A DNA stretch of 64,000 nucleotides from Runella sp. (GTDB lineage Bacteria; Bacteroidota; Bacteroidia; Cytophagales; Spirosomataceae), in contig JBGAUP010000001.1 of the NCBI GenBank assembly GCA_044228585.1, forward strand, positions 5,855-69,854, written 5' to 3'. A program made the position numbers and the translations under genes. Below, one piece after another: positions 45,387 through 55,847 of this stretch (position 1 is its first letter; each line of letters opens with the position of its first letter). The notes beneath the pieces are model-generated. The model had not been told where the DNA came from. It searched no databases and worked only from the letters and a program-made list of their open reading frames with translations.

Positions 45387-45502
45387 TTTGGGTGTTTACA
45401 GTTCAAGGTTTGTGTTGAAAAAACTGTAAATCTAATAACTTAAAACCAAAAAACTCCTCAGAAAATCCCCCTTTGGGGGCAAGGGGGCTAAAATGAAAAA
45501 AA

Positions 45503-48500
45503 ATGGCTTCACTATCAACAACCAGCATTCAGCGACCCGTATTGGCAGTGGTAATGTCGCTGATTATCATCATTTTTGGTCTTATTGGGTTTTCTTATTT
45601 GGGTGTACGTGAGTATCCGAGTGTTGACCCACCCGTTATCAACGTCATGACTAACTATACGGGGGCCAATGCCGAAATCATCGAATCACAAATTACGGAA
45701 CCCTTGGAAGAGTCTATCAACGGGATTTCGGGAATAAAGACCCTCTCGTCGGCCAGTCGCGATGGTCGAAGTGTCATTACGGTTGAATTTGATTTAGGAG
45801 TAGATTTAGAAACCGCCGCTAACGACGTTCGCGACCGGGTTTCGCGTTCGTTGGGGCTATTGCCGCGCGATATTGACCCACCGATTGTCTCTAAAGCAGA
45901 TGCCGATTCCAACCCCATTTTCTTCATGAATGTAAAAAGTGGGCGCTCGTTACTCGAACTGACCGATATTGTAGAACGACAAGTAAAAGAGCGCTTGCAG
46001 ACGATTCCAGGGGTGAGTTCGATTCAAATATGGGGCGAGAAACGCTATGCAATGCGTATGTGGATTGACCCACTCAAATTGGCTTCGTATCGGCTTACGG
46101 CCATTGATGTTCTCAATGCACTTACGCGTCAAAACATTGAACTTCCTTCGGGGACCATCGAGGGGGCTACCACCGAACTTACCGTAAGAACGCTGGGGCG
46201 ATTGACTACTGCGGAAGAATTTAACAACTTGATCATCAAGGAAGAATCCGATCGCGTAGTGAAGTTTAAGGATGTAGGCCGCGCCGAATTAGCCCCTGAA
46301 AACGAACGTACACTGATGCGCCGTGATGGGGTTCCGATGGTGGGAGTGGCGGTAGTACCTCAGCCTGGAGCTAACCAGATTGCGATTGTGGACGAAGTGT
46401 ATAAGCGTTTTGAGCAAATCAAAAAAGACTTGCCCGCTGATATTACTCCCGCAATAGGTTTTGACTATACACGATCGGTACGCCGCTCCATTGAAGAAGT
46501 AGAAGAAACCATCATTACAGCCTTTATTTTGGTGGCATTGATTATCTTCATCTTTTTGCGCGACTGGCGCAGTACCATTATTCCGCTCACGGCGATTCCT
46601 GTATCGTTGGTAGGTACGTTTTTCTTAATGTACGTGATGGGCTTCTCTATCAACGTTTTAACACTCCTTGGGATTGTACTTTCGATTGGTTTGGTGGTGG
46701 ACGATGCCATTGTGGTATTAGAAAATATTTATACCAAAATTGAGGAAGGGATGGCACCCCGTAAAGCTGCGATTGAGGGGTCAAAAGAAATTTATTTTGC
46801 GATTATATCCACTACAGTTACGTTGGCGGCGGTGTTTTTGCCCATTATTTTCTTACAGGGGGTTACTGGGCGTCTGTTCCGCGAGTTTGGGATTGTGGTA
46901 GCGGGGTCGGTAATTATTTCAGCCTTTGTATCGCTGACACTTACTCCCATGCTCAGCTCTAAATTGTTGAAAACACGCCATAAACAGCCGTGGCTATACC
47001 GAGTGACAGAGCCCTTTTTTAAATGGCTCAACAACGCCTACGAGTCGTCTTTGGCAGGTTTTATGCAAGTACGCTGGTTGGCGTGGGTACTCATGGCAGG
47101 GTTTATCGGGATTATTTACGCGCTCTTTAAATACGATGCTATTCCTTCTGAATTGGCTCCGATGGAAGATCGCCGCGGTTTTAGGGTATCGCTGACGATG
47201 CAGGAAGGGGCTACGTTTGATTTCACCGACCGTTATTTGCAAGATTTTGCTAAGGTGGTGGTAGATGAAGTAAAAGTCAATGAACGCGATGCGCTTATCA
47301 CCATTACAGCCCCAGGCTTTTCGACCAACGCCACCAATACGGGTTTTGTGCGCGTGGTACTGAGTGAGCCAGAGATGCGTCAGCGTTCACAAATGCAAAT
47401 TGCGGATGCTGTGCAAGCAAAAGTAAAGAAAATCTCGGGTGCTAAATCGTTTGTGCTTCAAGACCCTACGATTCAAACAGGCCAACGAGGTGGTAGTAGC
47501 TTCCCCGTATCGTATGTAGTGCAAGCTACCAGTTATGAGAAATTGCGTTCAGTGATTCCAGAATTGATGAAGCGGGTCAACGAAAGCCCGATGTTTGTAG
47601 GTACTGACATCAACCTTAAATTTACTAAACCCGAAATTCGTCTCGAAATTGACCGTGATAAAGCTCAAAACTTAGGCGTTTCAATCCAAGACATTGCCCA
47701 AACGTTACAACTGGGGTTGTCAGGACGTCGTTTTGGCTATTTTTTAATGAACGGAAAACAATACCAAGTGATTGGCCAAATTGACCGACCCGACCGCAAT
47801 GACTTGATGGACTTAAAATCACTGTTTGTCAAAAGTAACCGTGGAGAGCTGATTCAGTTGGACAACTTTGTGAAACTAACCGAGCAAAGTTCACCCCCTC
47901 AATTGTTCCGTTTCAACCGCTCGTCGGCGGCTACAATTACGGCAGGATTGGCCAATGGAGTTACGCTGGGCAAAGCTTTGGAAGAAATGGACAGAATCGC
48001 CAAAGAAGTATTGGACGAAACTTATACCACGGCCTTAGACGGACAGTCGCGGGGTTGAAAGATAGTTCATCGAGCCTTCTTTTTGCGTTCGCCTTGGCTT
48101 TGGTTCTCATTTACTTAATTTTGGCCGCGCAGTTTGAGAGTTTTATGGATCCCGTTATTATCTTACTTACTGTGCCTTTGGCGGTGTGTGGGGCGTTGTT
48201 GTCGTTGTGGGATTTTAGCCAAACCCTCAACGTATTTAGCCAAATTGGTATCATTACCTTGGTGGGTCTTGTGACTAAAAACGGGATTTTGATTGTGGAG
48301 TTTGCCAATCAACGCAAAGAAACGGGGATTAGCAAGATGCAAGCGGTGAAAGAAGCCGCGGCGGCACGTTTCCGCCCTATTGTCATGACGAGTTTGTGTG
48401 CTATTTTGGGGATTTTGCCTATTGCCTTAGCCTTGGGAGCAGGTTCCGAAAGTCGCGTTTCAATGGGTATCTCGGTGGTAGGGGGGTTGTTATTTTCTAC

Positions 48501-48612
48501 CATTCTCACGCTTTATATCATTCCAGCTATTTATTCTTATTTGTCAGCCAATCATAAGCCCAATGCCGACACGAAAGCAGATATGCCCGAGCTGACAGAA
48601 CAAGATGCTTAA
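45503..48612 (+). CDS. efflux RND permease (AcrB/HAE1-like), interrupted by an apparent 1-nt deletion at 48051-48056
   Basis: ORFs 45503-48058 and 48055-48612. Adding one nt in the GGGG/TT run joins ...ALDGQSRG to LKDSSSSLLFAFALALVLIYLILAAQFESF. The typical RND motifs VVDDAIVVLENI and GILIVEFAN are present. Confidence 0.85.
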
Positions 48613-48647
48613 TGTCTTTTTAGTTTTCCATACCGTTTCATGATGTG

Positions 48648-48676
48648 GCCCCTGCTGAAAAGCGGGGGCTTTTTTA
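48648..48676 (+). terminator. rho-independent terminator after the RND pump
   Basis: gcccctgct GAAA agcgggggc (9-bp stem with one G-U pair and a GAAA tetraloop), followed by TTTTTTAT. Confidence 0.8.
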
Positions 48677-48804
48677 TATTACGTAAAGGCCATGAGGGGT
48701 GTGCTTACACAAAGCCACTGGGTAAAATATACAATTAGCAGTTGAGTAAAAGTTTTCAAGTATTTGATTGTGTCTTATCAATTTGATTATCAGGTACTTG
48801 AGGT

Positions 48805-48870
48805 CTTCCCTGTCGGCCGAGACGGCCAGGGTACGGTACGCCGTCGCGGGCCTGTGCGGTACCGTGAGGA
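48805..48870. other. GC-rich double-hairpin island in an AT-rich spacer (candidate small structured RNA or REP-like element)
   Basis: Hairpin 1: ccct-gtc-ggccg aga cggcc-aggg (48808-48831). Hairpin 2: acggtac ... gtaccgt (48833-48839 and 48859-48865). Neither side has a U-tract and there is no adjacent same-strand gene start. Confidence 0.25.
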
Positions 48871-48927
48871 TTTAGGTGGTGCTACTTAAAAGAAGAATTT
48901 GGGGAAGAACTTTTATAGTATCTCTAT

Positions 48928-49872
48928 TTATGACCTTGGGATAACTCTACTTTTACGACTCCAATAAAAGGCGATGGCAGTCCCTGATAGAATGTGCCAA
49001 ATACTCCACCAACCCGCAATGATAGCCATTCCTCCCAGAGGTAAGTCCGTCGGGAAAACGGCAGGGTTGAATAGTAACGCCAATCCCAAACCTGAGTTGT
49101 GAATGCCCGTTTCGATGCTCAGGGTACGGCGGTTTTGGGTAGAAAGTCCAAACAGCGTTCCCATGCCATAACCTGTCACTAACGCGATGGTGTTTTGGAG
49201 CAATACGACCACAAAGACGTAGCCAATGTGATGAATAAAAATATCAAAATTTTGGGTGAAGGCAATGACGACCAAGGCGATGAAAAACAACAGCGATAAA
49301 ATGCGGAATGGCTTTAGAAGAAATTCGGCAACCTTCGGTAAATAATAGGAACAAAGCATTCCTAATAACATGGGTGCTCCCAATATCAACGATACAGATT
49401 TGAGTAGTTCGCGCCAATCCAAGGATAAGGGCCGAACCAAAGAACTGCTTTGGGCGTACAGATTACCCCAAAAAGTAAAGTTGAAGGGTGTCATGATTAC
49501 GGCCAACATCGTACTGATGGCTGTAAGGCTCACTGCCAAGGCCACGTTTCCTCGGGCCAGAGACGTAATGAAATTGGAAATATTACCCCCTGGGCAGGCG
49601 GCTACGAGTATCATTCCCAAGGCGACACCTACGGTGATGTTATCGCCCAAGGCCATGACAAGTAAAAAAGTAGCAGCGGGCATTACTACCGCTTGACTCA
49701 ATACACCTGCCAGCAGTTGCTTTGGGTTTTGAATAAGACTATTGAAATGGTGGGGTTTAATATCAAGTGCGACCCCAAACATCATCAACGATAAGGCGAT
49801 ATTGACAGTAGCCGAGCTTTCGGCTGAAAAATTGAGGCGAATGTAATCTAAGGCAGCTAACGATTCTTTCAT
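48928..49872 (-). CDS. bile acid:Na+ symporter (BASS/SBF) family transporter
   Basis: ORF 48928..49923, with the likely ATG at 49872. About 10 TM helices. Motifs GMILVAACPGGNISN and SIETGIHNSGLGL. Confidence 0.8.
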   Translation of the reverse strand: MKESLAALDYIRLNFSAESSATVNIALSLMMFGVALDIKPHHFNSLIQNPKQLLAGVLSQAVVMPAATFLLVMALGDNITVGVALGMILVAACPGGNISNFITSLARGNVALAVSLTAISTMLAVIMTPFNFTFWGNLYAQSSSLVRPLSLDWRELLKSVSLILGAPMLLGMLCSYYLPKVAEFLLKPFRILSLLFFIALVVIAFTQNFDIFIHHIGYVFVVVLLQNTIALVTGYGMGTLFGLSTQNRRTLSIETGIHNSGLGLALLFNPAVFPTDLPLGGMAIIAGWWSIWHILSGTAIAFYWSRKSRVIPRS

Positions 49873-49879
49873 CAGGTAT

Positions 49880-50491
49880 TTATAGGTCAATTTTGGGTAG
49901 CGATAAGCGGTACTTGACGGCAATTAGTCGGACAATAATAATCAATAATACGCATCCAAAGCTTATCCATTGGGTATGAATGTCGTAATAATCCAACAAT
50001 ACAAATACCACCGCGCCAGCCATGCAAGCCGTAGCGTAAATCTCTTTTTGAAAAATAAGCGGTAGTTCATTGATAAGCGTGTCTCGAATCACTCCCCCAA
50101 ACACTGCCGATACCATGCCCAGAATAATGGCCGCAAAGGGATTAACCCCGTTTTGAAGTGATTTTTGGACGCCAAGTATGGTATAAACCCCAATCCCAAC
50201 GGTATCCAACAAAAAAATGATTTTATGAAGGCGAAGAATCACCCGCTTAAACAAGACCGTAATGATGACTCCTAAAGTGATAAAAATGAGGTAATTCATG
50301 TCTTTTACCCACGCCAAAGGATAGACACCGAGGGTTACATCGCGGAGGGTTCCTCCCCCAATAGCCGTAATAAAGCCCGTAAAGAATACCCCAAATAGGT
50401 CTTGGTACATTTTTTTATCGGAAGCAGCCAAGGCTCCTGATATGGCAAAGACCAAAACGCCAATCATATCAATAGAATAAGGTAAGGACAT
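49880..50491 (-). CDS. trimeric intracellular cation channel-like membrane protein (UPF0126/YadS family)
   Basis: ORF 49880..50521, with the likely ATG at 50491. Two UPF0126 repeats (VFAISGALAA...GGGTLRD and VSAVFGGVIRD). Confidence 0.8.
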   Translation of the reverse strand: MSLPYSIDMIGVLVFAISGALAASDKKMYQDLFGVFFTGFITAIGGGTLRDVTLGVYPLAWVKDMNYLIFITLGVIITVLFKRVILRLHKIIFLLDTVGIGVYTILGVQKSLQNGVNPFAAIILGMVSAVFGGVIRDTLINELPLIFQKEIYATACMAGAVVFVLLDYYDIHTQWISFGCVLLIIIVRLIAVKYRLSLPKIDL

Positions 50492-50662
50492 ATTTTTTGG
50501 TAGAAATGTACTTAAATACAAAGTAACGAGAAAGGCGAATGAGAAACCAATTTTTACTTTTCATCAATTATTTTTTACTCTTCATGCAACCTTTCCCGTT
50601 GAATTGACATCTTATTCCTGAATTTAGCAGCATGAAAACAAAATCAGCAATCCAATAGTAGG

Positions 50663-50726
50663 CAGTTTGCAGTCGGCAGCAGGCAGTGAGTATTACTGTA
50701 AACTGTGGACTGCAGACTGACAACTT
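50663..50726. repeat. head-to-head heptamer arrays (CAGTNNN x4, spacer, NNNNACT(G) x4)
   Basis: cagtttg cagtcgg cagcagg cagtgag | tattact | then taaactg tggactg cagactg acaactt. Located in the divergent promoter region between the UPF0126 gene and the OM beta-barrel gene. Confidence 0.65.
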
Positions 50727-50842
50727 CGCTCCAAACCGTTTGTCAAGAAATTTAAACCGTTTATGTAAAAAAAGGTAGCTTGTATTGCAAAGTACCATAA
50801 TTTTGGAGCGGTAATTAATAACAGCCATTTTAAACAATAGCC

Positions 50843-53287
50843 ATGAAAACTTTTATTAGTGTTGCGACAGCTATGCTGTTGTTGTGTTCTTCTGCATTTG
50901 CGCAGTCTTCTCTCAAGGGAAAAGTATCGGGTGAAGTTCAAGAAAAATCTGCAAAACCCCTTCCATTTGCTACGGTTCTGTTGCTTCATGCCAAAGACTC
51001 AACTTTGGCCAAAGGAGCCATTTCGAGTGAAACAGGGCATTATGAATTTGAAAATGTGGCGCTTGGACGTTATTTGGTTTCAGCTACCATGATAGGCTAC
51101 CAAAAAGCCTTTTCAGCTCCCTTTGACATCAATGAAAGTCAAACCCTGCTGACAGTCCCTGCGCTACAAGTGGCCGAAAATACCCAAACGCTCCAAGAAG
51201 TAAAAGTAGTGACCAAAAAGCCGTTTGTAGAACAACAGATTGACCGTATGGTGGTCAACGTTGAAAACAACATTGGCTCGGCGGGCGGTACGGCCTTGGA
51301 GGTGTTGGAAAAAGCACCAGGTGTGACCGTTGACCGTCAAAACGACCGTCTCCAATTCAAAGGTCGTCAGGGCGTGATGATAATGCTTGACGGGAAATTG
51401 CAACAAATTTCGATGCAAGACCTGATGAATATGCTGCAAGCTATGCCCAGCGACAACGTCGAGAAAATTGAATTGATTTCCAATCCCCCCGCCAAATATG
51501 ATGCCGCAGGCAATACGGGACTCATCAACATCGTACTAAAGAAAAACAAAAACTTTGGAACAAACGGTAATTACACGCTCGGAGCAGGTTACGGACGATA
51601 TGAAAAACTTAACGGTTCATTAGGTCTTAACTACCGCAACGCCAAATACAACGCTTTTGGTAACGTAAGCCTTTTTCACGCGCGTTTTCAGAATACCCAA
51701 GACATTGACCGTACCATTGCTTACAAAGACCAAATTACCTATATGGACCAAAATAGTCCGAGGGTAGGCAATCCCCAAAATTTAAGTTTCCGTGGTGGAG
51801 TGGACTTTTTTGTAAGTAAAAAAACAACAATTGGGGTATTGGCTACTGGTTTTGTGAACCAGTTCAAGATGAAAGGAATTTCAAGCACCGATTTTCGAGA
51901 CAAGACCCAAACTTTGACCAGTAGTTTTGAAACGGATGCCCGTAATCATAATCGCCTAAATAACTACACTGGGAATATCAACTTAAAACATGATTTTGGG
52001 AAAGGCCGTGAATTAACTGCTGATGCCGATTATTCGTACTTTGATGGAAATTCGGGTAATGACCTCAATACTACTTATTATAGCCCCACTAATGTCGTGA
52101 CGAGCAAGGAAGTTTTTCGGAACATCATGCCCTCGACTATCAGCATTGCGGGTGCAAAAGTTGACTATATCCACCCCCTTAAAAAAGGTAAACTTGAAGT
52201 AGGAGCGAAAAGTAGCTTCGTAAATTCGGATAATAATATGCGTTTTGAAACCCAAATTGACAATCAGTGGGTTTTGGATCCATCTCGCTCTAATCACTTC
52301 ATTTACAAGGAGAATATCAACGCTGCTTACACTAATTATAGTACGAAACTCAACAAAAAAACGCAACTTCAATTAGGATTACGTGCCGAACACACCCATT
52401 CGGAAGGTAATTCGGTGACGTTGAATAACATCGTTGATCGCAACTACGTCAATTTGTTCCCCAGTGTATTTGTGTCGCGGACGTTAGATACCAATAACGT
52501 TTTGAATGTGTCGTTTAGTCGCCGTATTGACCGCCCAAATTACCGTAATTTGAACCCATTCCAGTTCTTTTTAGATCCCTATACTTTCCAACAGGGAAAT
52601 CCCAATTTGCGTCCTCAATTTACCAACTCGTTTCAGATTACGCACGTTTTCAAAGGAGCTTTTTCGACTACCTTGGGTTACAGCCGTATCAACGACGTGA
52701 TTGCTGACCAGATTCCAAAACAGATTCCTGAGGAAAACAAAACGTACGTGACTACCGAAAACCTTGACCACCAAGACAATTATAACTTGACGTTGAGCAT
52801 TCCGATTCCTATCAAGAAATGGTGGACAATGCAAAACAACATCAGTGCGTTTTACAACCGTTACCGCTCATTCTACTACGGGGCTGACTTGGATTTGGGG
52901 CAGTTTGGAGCAACCGTGTTTATGATGAACAACTTCACTCTTCCCAAGGGCTACACGGCTGAGTTGAGTGGCTTCTGGAATTCACCTACGCAGTACAACA
53001 TTCTCAGAGCGCAAGCACAGGGACAAATCAGCGCAGGTTTTGCCAAGTCGTTATGGAATCGTAAAGCATCTTTGCGTCTAAATGTTCAGGACATCTTTTT
53101 CTTGAATCGCTTTGCAGGAACTGTTAAATATCAAGATTTAAACTTCCGCGTGATGTCGCGTTGGGAGAGCCGTCAGGTACGCTTGTCGTTTACGTATCGC
53201 TTTGGAAATCAGAATGTAAAGGCCGCCCGTCAGCGGAGTACAAGTACCGAAGATGTACGTAATCGGGCTAATTCAGGACAAAATTAA
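50843..53287 (+). CDS. outer-membrane beta-barrel protein (CarboxypepD_reg plus OMP_b-brl_3-like), paralogous in architecture to 21025-23871
   Basis: Signal peptide, LKGKVSGEV...ATVLLL regulatory-like domain, plug-like region (VEKIELISNPPAKYDAAGNTGLINIVLKK), long barrel. 814 aa. Confidence 0.8.
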   Translation: MKTFISVATAMLLLCSSAFAQSSLKGKVSGEVQEKSAKPLPFATVLLLHAKDSTLAKGAISSETGHYEFENVALGRYLVSATMIGYQKAFSAPFDINESQTLLTVPALQVAENTQTLQEVKVVTKKPFVEQQIDRMVVNVENNIGSAGGTALEVLEKAPGVTVDRQNDRLQFKGRQGVMIMLDGKLQQISMQDLMNMLQAMPSDNVEKIELISNPPAKYDAAGNTGLINIVLKKNKNFGTNGNYTLGAGYGRYEKLNGSLGLNYRNAKYNAFGNVSLFHARFQNTQDIDRTIAYKDQITYMDQNSPRVGNPQNLSFRGGVDFFVSKKTTIGVLATGFVNQFKMKGISSTDFRDKTQTLTSSFETDARNHNRLNNYTGNINLKHDFGKGRELTADADYSYFDGNSGNDLNTTYYSPTNVVTSKEVFRNIMPSTISIAGAKVDYIHPLKKGKLEVGAKSSFVNSDNNMRFETQIDNQWVLDPSRSNHFIYKENINAAYTNYSTKLNKKTQLQLGLRAEHTHSEGNSVTLNNIVDRNYVNLFPSVFVSRTLDTNNVLNVSFSRRIDRPNYRNLNPFQFFLDPYTFQQGNPNLRPQFTNSFQITHVFKGAFSTTLGYSRINDVIADQIPKQIPEENKTYVTTENLDHQDNYNLTLSIPIPIKKWWTMQNNISAFYNRYRSFYYGADLDLGQFGATVFMMNNFTLPKGYTAELSGFWNSPTQYNILRAQAQGQISAGFAKSLWNRKASLRLNVQDIFFLNRFAGTVKYQDLNFRVMSRWESRQVRLSFTYRFGNQNVKAARQRSTSTEDVRNRANSGQN

Positions 53288-53316
53288 AAATTTAGTTTAG
53301 GTTAAGAAAACGTCGG

Positions 53317-53352
53317 AAAGCCGAGCTTCATTTGAGGCTCGGCTTTTTATTT
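53317..53352. terminator. bidirectional hairpin terminator
   Basis: aaagccgagc / gctcggcttt form a perfect 10-bp stem, followed by TTTTATTTT. It sits between convergent genes. Confidence 0.8.
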
Positions 53353-53362
53353 TGAATAGCAC

Positions 53363-54286
53363 TTACTTGATCAAACTATTCCCTTTTGCAATGATTTTTT
53401 CTAACTCAGCCACTTCTGCGTCGGTCGGCATGACCAACGGGGGTCTTACGTCCCCTGCGCTTCTCCCAATAAGTTTTGCGCCAGCTTTTATCAAACTGAC
53501 CGCATAGCCGTTCTTTTTACCTCTTAATCTTACCAAAGGAATATAAAACTCTCGGGTGATAGTGGCTACCGTTTCTTTATCTCCTGCTCTCAGGCTCGCG
53601 TAAAATTGATTAGCCAATTCAGGTACAAAATTAAATGCCGCCGATGAATAAGTATTTACCCCAATAGAAAGGTAAGCTTCGGCGATGATTTCGGCAGTAG
53701 GAACGCCACCAATGTAAGATAATCGGTTGCCAACCGACTTGATGGTATCGTTGAGTTCTTGCATATTGCCTGTGCCATCTTTCAGGCCAATGAAGTTGTC
53801 ACAAGCATCCGCCAATTTTTGAATGTAGTCGCTCGATAATACCCCATTGGCACGGTTGTAGTAAATTACTGGTAAACTCGTGTTTTGAATAATTGCCTTG
53901 GCGTAGGCGTAGATACCATCTTGTGGACATTCGGTCAGGTAGGGGGGCATGAGTAATAGTGCGTGGATACCAGCTTTTTCGGCAATTTTTGCGAAAGCAA
54001 TGGCCTCTGGGATGCTACGGCCTACGCTCGAAACGACGGGAACTTGTTCTTGAACGGCTTCGGTCGAAACTTCCACGATGTTTCGGTACTCGCTCTCCGA
54101 CAATGAGAAAAATTCCCCCGTTCCTCCCGCCACAAATACCGAAGATACTTTGTGACTAACAAACCATTCTACTCTTTGGCCGAAAGTATCGGCCTTAAAT
54201 TGTCCCTTTTCGTCTAAATCGGTAATCGGGAAGGACAGCAAGCCGTCTTCGAGGGCTGCTCTTATTTGTGTGAGTGATAATGACAT
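53363..54286 (-). CDS. kdgD: 5-dehydro-4-deoxyglucarate dehydratase (DapA/NAL family)
   Basis: GLLSFPITDLDEKGQFKADTF...VFVAGGTGEFFSL closely matches my memory of KdgD N-termini. 307 aa. Adjacent to garD. Confidence 0.8.
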   Translation of the reverse strand: MSLSLTQIRAALEDGLLSFPITDLDEKGQFKADTFGQRVEWFVSHKVSSVFVAGGTGEFFSLSESEYRNIVEVSTEAVQEQVPVVSSVGRSIPEAIAFAKIAEKAGIHALLLMPPYLTECPQDGIYAYAKAIIQNTSLPVIYYNRANGVLSSDYIQKLADACDNFIGLKDGTGNMQELNDTIKSVGNRLSYIGGVPTAEIIAEAYLSIGVNTYSSAAFNFVPELANQFYASLRAGDKETVATITREFYIPLVRLRGKKNGYAVSLIKAGAKLIGRSAGDVRPPLVMPTDAEVAELEKIIAKGNSLIK

Positions 54287-54317
54287 GGAATTATGGTTTT
54301 GTGGTTATATTTTTCAG

Positions 54318-55847
54318 TTAAGTTAGTGGCCCTGGATTAAACAACACCAGGTCGTTATGGATACCGATGCGGTCGGCGGCCACTTTTTTAGTGCCACTTG
54401 CTACTTCAAGAATGAGTCGAAACAATTCCCAGCCCATTTCTTCAATAGTTTTTTGACCAAAAGCAATGGAACCCGCATCAAAATCAATTAAATCGTGCCA
54501 GCGATTTCCTAATTTTGAATTGGAACTTACTTTGATAACGGGCACTTCTTTGAGTCCGTACGGCGTACCTCTGCCCGTGATAAAGACGTGCATATTCATG
54601 CCTGCGGCCAATTGTAGCGTGCCACAAACAAAATCGCTGGCGGGTGTTGCTACAAAGTGTAATCCTTTTTTGGTTACCTTTTCACCGGGTGAAATCACCT
54701 CCACAATCGGACTTGTTCCCGATTTGGCAATGGAGCCTAACGCTTTTTCTACTACATTGCTCAGGCCTCCTTTTTTATTACCAGGCGTTGGATTAGCACT
54801 CCGATCGGCATAACCATTTTTTAGGTACTCGTCGTACCATTTCATTTCATCCTTGAGCTTTTGGGCTACCTCTGGAGTCGCAGCCCTGGGTATCAACAAA
54901 TGGATGGCATCGCGTACTTCGGTAACTTCCGAAAAAAAGACTGTACCGCCCGCCCGCACAATCAAATCGGCGGCGAAACCTGCCGCGGGATTACCCGTAA
55001 TGCCCGAAAAAGCATCGCTACCGCCGCACTGCATACCTACCACCAAATCGGCAGCGGAACAAGTTTCACGCTTTCGTTCATTAAGCTTTTGCAAGTGCTT
55101 CTCGGCCAATGCCATAATGCCCTCAATCATCTCTTCAAACCCATTGAAGTTTTCGTCTTGGAGGTACAGAATGGAGTGGGTATTGCCAGCAGGAACCAAT
55201 TTTTCGGGTCTAAGTTTTTCACAACCCAATCCCACTACCATTACTTCGCCGCCGAAGTTGGGATTTTGGGCAATATTTTTGATGGTTCTAATCGGAATGA
55301 TGGCAGCGGGTGCATCTATGGCGATTCCGCAGCCGTAGCTATGGTTAAAAGCCACGACATCGTCCACGTTGGGATAGGCGGGTAACAACTCTTGCTTGAT
55401 TTTTTGGGTAATATACTGCGTAATACCTGCTACACACTGAACGCTTATAGTAATGCCCAAAATATTTTTTGTGCCAACACTTCCGTCCGCGTTTCGGTAG
55501 CCTTCAAAAGTAAACCCTTCGAGGGGGATGATGGAGGGTGTTTTAGGCTGTGGCAGTGGTATCGAATCCAAATCGGGGGGCTGCGGTAAGACAATTTTGC
55601 TTTCGTCAATCCATTCACCTTTTTTGAGTTGAGTTTTGGCATAACCGATGATTTCCCCGTAGCGTATCACCTTTTCACCTTCATTGATGTCAACCAAGGC
55701 TACTTTATGTCCCATGGGAATATCCTGTTGTAAAACTACTTCATTCAGTACTTTTGCGCCTTTTTTTAATCCAGTTAAATTGCATACAATCCCGACGTTG
55801 TCGGTGGGAGAGGTCTTAATAACAATATTTTCGGTCATGGTTGACAT
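54318..55847 (-). CDS. garD: galactarate dehydratase (UxaA/GarD family)
   Basis: SAF N-domain and [23 protein letters not shown]...[18 protein letters not shown], nearly as in E. coli GarD as I recall it. Confidence 0.85.
   Translation of the reverse strand: MSTMTENIVIKTSPTDNVGIVCNLTGLKKGAKVLNEVVLQQDIPMGHKVALVDINEGEKVIRYGEIIGYAKTQLKKGEWIDESKIVLPQPPDLDSIPLPQPKTPSIIPLEGFTFEGYRNADGSVGTKNILGITISVQCVAGITQYITQKIKQELLPAYPNVDDVVAFNHSYGCGIAIDAPAAIIPIRTIKNIAQNPNFGGEVMVVGLGCEKLRPEKLVPAGNTHSILYLQDENFNGFEEMIEGIMALAEKHLQKLNERKRETCSAADLVVGMQCGGSDAFSGITGNPAAGFAADLIVRAGGTVFFSEVTEVRDAIHLLIPRAATPEVAQKLKDEMKWYDEYLKNGYADRSANPTPGNKKGGLSNVVEKALGSIAKSGTSPIVEVISPGEKVTKKGLHFVATPASDFVCGTLQLAAGMNMHVFITGRGTPYGLKEVPVIKVSSNSKLGNRWHDLIDFDAGSIAFGQKTIEEMGWELFRLILEVASGTKKVAADRIGIHNDLVLFNPGPLT

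Noticed and set aside
48805-48870. Identity of the GC-rich hairpin island as SRP RNA, 6S RNA, tmRNA or a riboswitch.
   Set aside because: I could not find the conserved SRP domain IV motifs or any other signature. It is kept only as an unclassified structured element.
50568-50989. Minus-strand ORFs of 89 and 98 aa spanning the intergenic repeat region and the 5-prime end of the OM barrel gene.
   Set aside because: They run through the heptamer arrays and overlap the signal-peptide region of a convincing plus-strand gene. They show no motifs.
54466-55385. Three plus-strand ORFs of 115-174 aa inside garD.
   Set aside because: They are antisense to a gene with near-textbook GarD motifs. They overlap one another in different frames, which is typical noise.
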